From a virus (taxonomy: Duplodnaviria > Caudoviricetes), in IMG/VR virus record IMGVR_UViG_3300025653_003083, positions 1 to 40,301 of that record: DNA of 40,301 nt. One strand, written 5' to 3'. The stretch's first letter is position 1. Every line of letters starts with the position of its first letter. The position numbers were made by a program, and so were the translations under genes. Under the pieces are notes generated by a model. It was given only the letters and a program-made list of their open reading frames with translations. It was not told the DNA's origin and made no database searches. Below, in pieces: positions 36,310 through 40,301 of this stretch.

Positions 36310-36690
36310 TTATTTATCATCTGGCATGGCGAATATAGTGTTGATTACGCTGCCTTGTGTCAAAAAAGCATTACAATTTACAGTATTTTCTAAGTCTGGA
36401 ATTACAGGAACAATGTGCATATCTTCAGTTAACATTTCTAAACTATGTTGTCCTTCGCTTTCAAATTCAAAAGTCAATGTCCAAATTTTTTGATTACCTT
36501 CTGCATCAAGAGGTAATTCTGTAACATTAACCTCGTCAAATGTAACATTAACGTTGTAAGGATTTGCTCTCATGCTGATAGTGTTTATAGCTGTAAGAAA
36601 ATTTTGATGTTGGTTGGCTTGAAAAGGATTGTCGCCTTTCCTAGCACCAGTAGGAGTTATGTCCACAAGAGTTTGCATAATAAAACGCAT
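36310..36690 (-). CDS. Hypothetical late protein
   Basis: TLVDIT.TG...Q.QNF.T; TAAATA 4 nt upstream of ATG. Confidence 0.65.
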   Translation of the reverse strand: MRFIMQTLVDITPTGARKGDNPFQANQHQNFLTAINTISMRANPYNVNVTFDEVNVTELPLDAEGNQKIWTLTFEFESEGQHSLEMLTEDMHIVPVIPDLENTVNCNAFLTQGSVINTIFAMPDDK

Positions 36691-36707
36691 ATGTTATTTA
36701 CAGTCAT

Positions 36708-36738
36708 AAAAAAAGCGCCACTGTAAAAGTGACGCTTT
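36708..36738 (-). terminator. Rho-independent terminator
   Basis: AAAGCGTCACT-TTTAC-AGTGGCGCTTTTTTT. Confidence 0.8.
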
Positions 36739-36759
36739 GTTTTTTACGCTAAAGCCCTA

Positions 36760-37017
36760 TTATGGGTTTTGTGTGAATGTTGCTACTAGTGAAATTCCGC
36801 TTACTGCTTCTGCTCCACCTGGGCCACCTTGCACCATTACGTGCTCGCCGTCGCCTGTTCCTTCAACTGCTGCAATTGTTCCACCATATGTTGTTGTGAT
36901 AGATGTGATTGCGGCTGCTGTTGTGATTGTGCCTGTTGCGATTGCATAGACATATGTTTTTGGGCCATTGCCGTTGCCAGCTACTACTGCTGCATTTGGG
37001 TTTGCTACTACTGCCAT
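36760..37017 (-). CDS. Small Ala/Thr/Gly-rich protein, candidate head decoration protein
   Basis: Own late promoter (37075-37080), leader hairpin, AGGAGA SD and terminator suggest high expression. Confidence 0.5.
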   Translation of the reverse strand: MAVVANPNAAVVAGNGNGPKTYVYAIATGTITTAAAITSITTTYGGTIAAVEGTGDGEHVMVQGGPGGAEAVSGISLVATFTQNP

Positions 37018-37129
37018 TTTTTTCTCCTAATACTCTTAATGGACTGCTATTGTTCTATAGCATTTGTATGTTAGTATTTAGTCTTTGAAATCGAAAATAT
37101 AGTCAAATGGCTTCAAAACGAGGTAAAAT

Positions 37130-37891
37130 CTACAACATTCTCACACTATTTAAAGTTAAACCGCTTAATTGCTTGATTCTTTCTAGTTCAAGAGTGTGAT
37201 CTTCGGTTGCAACCTTCTTTTTGTTCCATGCTGAGCCTGGATCAGCTTCTTGTTTATCAACTATTGCTTTTGCTTCTGGCTTTGCTTTAAGAATACTTTC
37301 AACACTGCCTAAATCTGCTGCTACTGCGTTATCACCTAGCAAACGTTTTGCTATATCGTCTAGGTCGTTTGCAATTAACTCGCCACTGTCTCTGTCAACC
37401 AAGCCTTTGTATGGGCTCCACTTCATGCCCATTTCCTTTGCAAGGTCAGCAATCATAATTTGCTTGTGGATACCTTTGTAAGGACTACCGCTGGGAATAT
37501 TATGCACATGAAACTTCTGCGCTGTATCACCACCAGGCACAACCATGATGTCTACTTGCTGTGAACCACCAGCAACATTTGTTTTAACATGCACAATTTG
37601 TCCTGTGCGTTTGGTTTCAAATCCTGCTGCTTGAAATACTTTTTCTAATTCAACTCTTGCTTCGCTCGCTGTCTTGACATTAAAATGTTTTGCCATTTCG
37701 CCGGCGTCAGCAATCATATCCAAGTCGCCTGACATCTTACCTGGAGTAGGAGTAGCACCTGAACCAATAGGCAATGCTTGAACTCCTGTTTTGTTCATCA
37801 CTGCTGCAATTTGTTTTTGCATATCAGGAATAATCTTTTGATCAAAGTTGCTGGTGCCTTGGAAAATATTTCCGCCTTCTTTAACTATCAT
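37130..37891 (-). CDS. Pol-beta-superfamily nucleotidyltransferase-like protein
   Basis: IGSG...SGDLD and QVDIM acidic triad. Confidence 0.65.
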   Translation of the reverse strand: MIVKEGGNIFQGTSNFDQKIIPDMQKQIAAVMNKTGVQALPIGSGATPTPGKMSGDLDMIADAGEMAKHFNVKTASEARVELEKVFQAAGFETKRTGQIVHVKTNVAGGSQQVDIMVVPGGDTAQKFHVHNIPSGSPYKGIHKQIMIADLAKEMGMKWSPYKGLVDRDSGELIANDLDDIAKRLLGDNAVAADLGSVESILKAKPEAKAIVDKQEADPGSAWNKKKVATEDHTLELERIKQLSGLTLNSVRML

Positions 37892-38139
37892 TTTTTGCCC
37901 TCAATTACTTTATCAATACCCACTTTGAATTTACGTGGATTATTGTTGCGGATTGCATTGAGAAAACGCCTTTCAAGATCTAATGCTGTTTCAGCATCAT
38001 ACGTTTCGTGCAGTTTTTTAATTAAATTGCACGAGCTTTCAATTAGATTGGTTCCTGTGGTTTGCAAAAACTCGTCGTGACGATCTTTACCACCAATACT
38101 TTGTAGTTCTTCTAATATGCCTCTAGTTCTTTTTCTCAT
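37888..38139 (-). CDS. Hypothetical protein
   Basis: Likely start MRKRTRGILEEL; late promoter 38160-38165. Confidence 0.65.
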   Translation of the reverse strand: MRKRTRGILEELQSIGGKDRHDEFLQTTGTNLIESSCNLIKKLHETYDAETALDLERRFLNAIRNNNPRKFKVGIDKVIEGKK

Positions 38140-38207
38140 AACAACAACTTCCTTATGTGTATTTAGTATAGCTGTATAATAAATATGCATATAAGTGAGG
38201 GCTTGAT

Positions 38208-38969
38208 ATGATAACTGAAATGAATTTCCACGCACGTAGTCTTTTATTCGCGAGACTAGCCAGTGTAGCATATAGCGATGATGTAGAATATGTAAAGAAA
38301 GTTGTGAGAAAACACGGATTTACCACAGTAGAATTTTACAATAGAGAAGGCGCACAAGCATATAGATTTATGAACAAGACTGATCTAGTGATTGCTTGCC
38401 GTGGAACACAACCTACAGAGTTTAATGATATCAAAGCAGACTTAAATGCTTTACCTGTTATGGCAGAAACTGTAAGCAGAGTTCATAAAGGTTTCAAAGA
38501 CGAAGTAGACGAACTTTGGCCAATGGTGTTGGAAGACATTGATCGCAAAGCAAACGCAGACAAGAAACTTTGGTTTTGTGGACATTCATTAGGTGCTGCT
38601 ATGGCTACTATCATGGCCAGCAGATGTCATCTATATGAAGAAATTCAACAAGTGGAAGAATTATATACATTCGGTTCGCCAAGAGTAGGATGGAACGGTT
38701 ATTGTAAAAGTTTATGTGTGCCTCATCATCGTTGGGTAAACAACAACGACATAGTCACAAGAGTGCCATTGGCTGCCATGTTGTATAGACATCACGGCAC
38801 AGAGCATTACATGAACGCATATGGCCTTGAGCGTAAACTAACACCTTGGCAACGTGCTAAAGATCGTTGGCGTGGAATGTGGATGGGCATCAAGCAAGGC
38901 AAAGTAGATAACTTTGGCGATCACTCAATGACTGAATATATTGCTAACTTGGAAAAAATGCAGGGCTAA
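38208..38969 (+). CDS. Class 3 lipase
   Basis: ACRGT, VHKGF, GHSLGAA, YTFGSPRVG, NNNDIVTRVP, DHSM..Y. Confidence 0.92.
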   Translation: MITEMNFHARSLLFARLASVAYSDDVEYVKKVVRKHGFTTVEFYNREGAQAYRFMNKTDLVIACRGTQPTEFNDIKADLNALPVMAETVSRVHKGFKDEVDELWPMVLEDIDRKANADKKLWFCGHSLGAAMATIMASRCHLYEEIQQVEELYTFGSPRVGWNGYCKSLCVPHHRWVNNNDIVTRVPLAAMLYRHHGTEHYMNAYGLERKLTPWQRAKDRWRGMWMGIKQGKVDNFGDHSMTEYIANLEKMQG

Positions 38970-38981
38970 CCGTGGCCCTGC
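38960..38981. terminator. Hairpin between convergent genes
   Basis: GCAGGGCTA-ACCG-TGGCCCTGC. Confidence 0.5.
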
Positions 38982-39017
38982 TCGTGTTTATTACGGAACA
39001 ACCCGACCCTATGGGTA

Positions 39018-39977
39018 TTACAAACCATTAGGCACAATCACATAATGGATCATTAGCACTATGGCTACTGAAGCACCTAGTCCTATCATCATTTTAAAGA
39101 AATCCCTGGTGACAAGTGGAAACACACTTTTAAATTTGTGCTTGCCTGTTACTGTTGCCATTGCCAACTCACGTCCACATAGCAAACCAACGAACACCCA
39201 AGTTGTCGACATTGGAATATCATTTAGTTCTTTGAAGAACCAAAGTATTAACCAATAGACAGCATCAATGATTGTAGCACTGCGAACATATCTTGTGTTA
39301 TGTTTTTCAATAACGATCTGTTGTATTTTACCGCCGCCTTCACGGAACATGTAATAAAGTCCGCCTACGAACACAACACTGACCAGTATCATAAGATCAA
39401 CAGGTAGTTGTCTAGGCAGGAACACTGCGATGTTTGCCATATCGTGACTCAACCAAGTGAACCATAGGAAGCCTGTTGTTACCCATTGTCCAACACGCCA
39501 ATAACGTTTGTGTTCTTCTTTGACTGGCTTTGCTTCGTCTAAGATTTTACTTACTACAATCCAGATAGCATAGGCTGCTACTGCCGCAACTGCATACCCC
39601 ATCATAGATTTCATCAGCATCTTTTCTAATACAAATGTGCTTGCGAAAGCACTAAGCACCAAGAAACTTGTGCTAACCGGCACACCAATACGTGTTAAAA
39701 TCAATAGCACACCTGGTGCTGCTGCGTGATACCATTGTATTTCTTGGAAGGGTATTTTGTTTAGACGACCATAACTAATGTCGCCTCCGTTCATATACCA
39801 ACCATACCAGATTGTATATAATAAAACAGCCGAAGCGGCTGCCCACATTGTTCTCCAGTGAAAACGATCATTGTTTGACGCAATCCACGTTCCTAACGTC
39901 TGGACTGAATCGTTTGCGATGACTGCATAGGCTGCAAATAAAAAGCCCACCAGCATCCATAGTGTAAGTAGTTCCAT
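39018..39977 (-). CDS. PiT/PHO4-like phosphate transporter
   Basis: Internally repeated signatures IANDSVQTLGT/SHDMANIAV and GVPVSTS/IPMSTT; multi-TM; Pho box upstream. Confidence 0.7.
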   Translation of the reverse strand: MELLTLWMLVGFLFAAYAVIANDSVQTLGTWIASNNDRFHWRTMWAAASAVLLYTIWYGWYMNGGDISYGRLNKIPFQEIQWYHAAAPGVLLILTRIGVPVSTSFLVLSAFASTFVLEKMLMKSMMGYAVAAVAAYAIWIVVSKILDEAKPVKEEHKRYWRVGQWVTTGFLWFTWLSHDMANIAVFLPRQLPVDLMILVSVVFVGGLYYMFREGGGKIQQIVIEKHNTRYVRSATIIDAVYWLILWFFKELNDIPMSTTWVFVGLLCGRELAMATVTGKHKFKSVFPLVTRDFFKMMIGLGASVAIVLMIHYVIVPNGL

Positions 39978-40065
39978 AATATTTTCCTTTGCTTGACGGC
40001 TTTACCCCGTCGCTCACAAATGTAATTTTACATTACACGAATACTTAGTAAAAGTCTAGTAAAAG

Positions 40066-40087
40066 TTTTGTAACAGATTTATGACAA
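40066..40087 (-). promoter_or_regulatory. Pho box (PhoB site)
   Basis: TTGTCATAAAT-CTGTTACAAAA 11-bp direct repeat, followed by -10-like TAGACT. Confidence 0.75.
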
Positions 40088-40229
40088 TAGGTATGCAATG
40101 TGCGCATAACGTCTTTGTCATATTGTTGATTGTTTTGGTAGGGTTTTTATGCTATATACTATTGTAGAAGGAGAAAAACTAGCAGGTGCTAGACTCGGAT
40201 CACATACACATATATATAGGAAAAACAAA

Positions 40230-40301
40230 ATGACACAATATGTTATTGCAGCCAGTGAATGGCTAAACTTTGGCGGAGTAGTAGAATTCTTCCGCGACCT
40301 A
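40230..40301 (+). CDS. 5' end of a small protein, possibly DUF1127-like; truncated
   Basis: AGGA SD; MTQYVIAASEWLNFGGVVEFFRDL...; the diagnostic C-terminal domain is outside the window. Confidence 0.4.
   Translation, partial: MTQYVIAASEWLNFGGVVEFFRDL

Noticed and set aside
175-39258. Numerous short plus-strand ORFs in the track
   Set aside because: Antisense shadows of well-supported minus-strand genes; only Fis-like, radical SAM, lipase and the 40230 ORF are credible on plus
1-40301. Stop-codon reassignment
   Set aside because: Recognisable genes are full length in the standard code and end correctly at TAA, TAG and TGA
1-40301. Bacterial chromosome or prophage origin
   Set aside because: Host-like genes are interleaved with virion genes and T4-type late promoters; no integrase or bacterial operon structure seen

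Overview
This window is part of a large, lytic T4-like (myovirus) phage genome, almost entirely on the minus strand. It carries class Ia nrdAB plus glutaredoxin, PAAR, tail-fibre and prohead-core-like genes, many (TA)TAAATA late promoters and sigma70-type early promoters. The host is very probably a marine alphaproteobacterium, based on a permuted two-piece tmRNA with an ANDN...LAA tag, a ROSE-like hsp20 leader, a Rhodobacter-type porin and hemO-pcyX. Host-like cargo is dense: a curli/type VIII secretion-like locus (csgF, csgG, two curlin-like proteins, a FecR-domain protein), bS21, clpS, hsp20, guaC, an NCS2 purine permease, and a PiT-like phosphate transporter with a Pho box. The best leads read directly from the DNA are: (1) the curli-like locus with an embedded antisense Fis-like gene and an identical 17-bp palindrome at two of its promoters; (2) a probable -1 programmed frameshift (A AAA AAG TAA) extending the prohead-core-like protein into a start-less ORF; (3) a minimal tmRNA apparently lacking PK1; (4) recurrent leaderless-mRNA geometry; (5) a repeated AGGC leader motif. 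All protein assignments come from motif recognition only; no searches were run.
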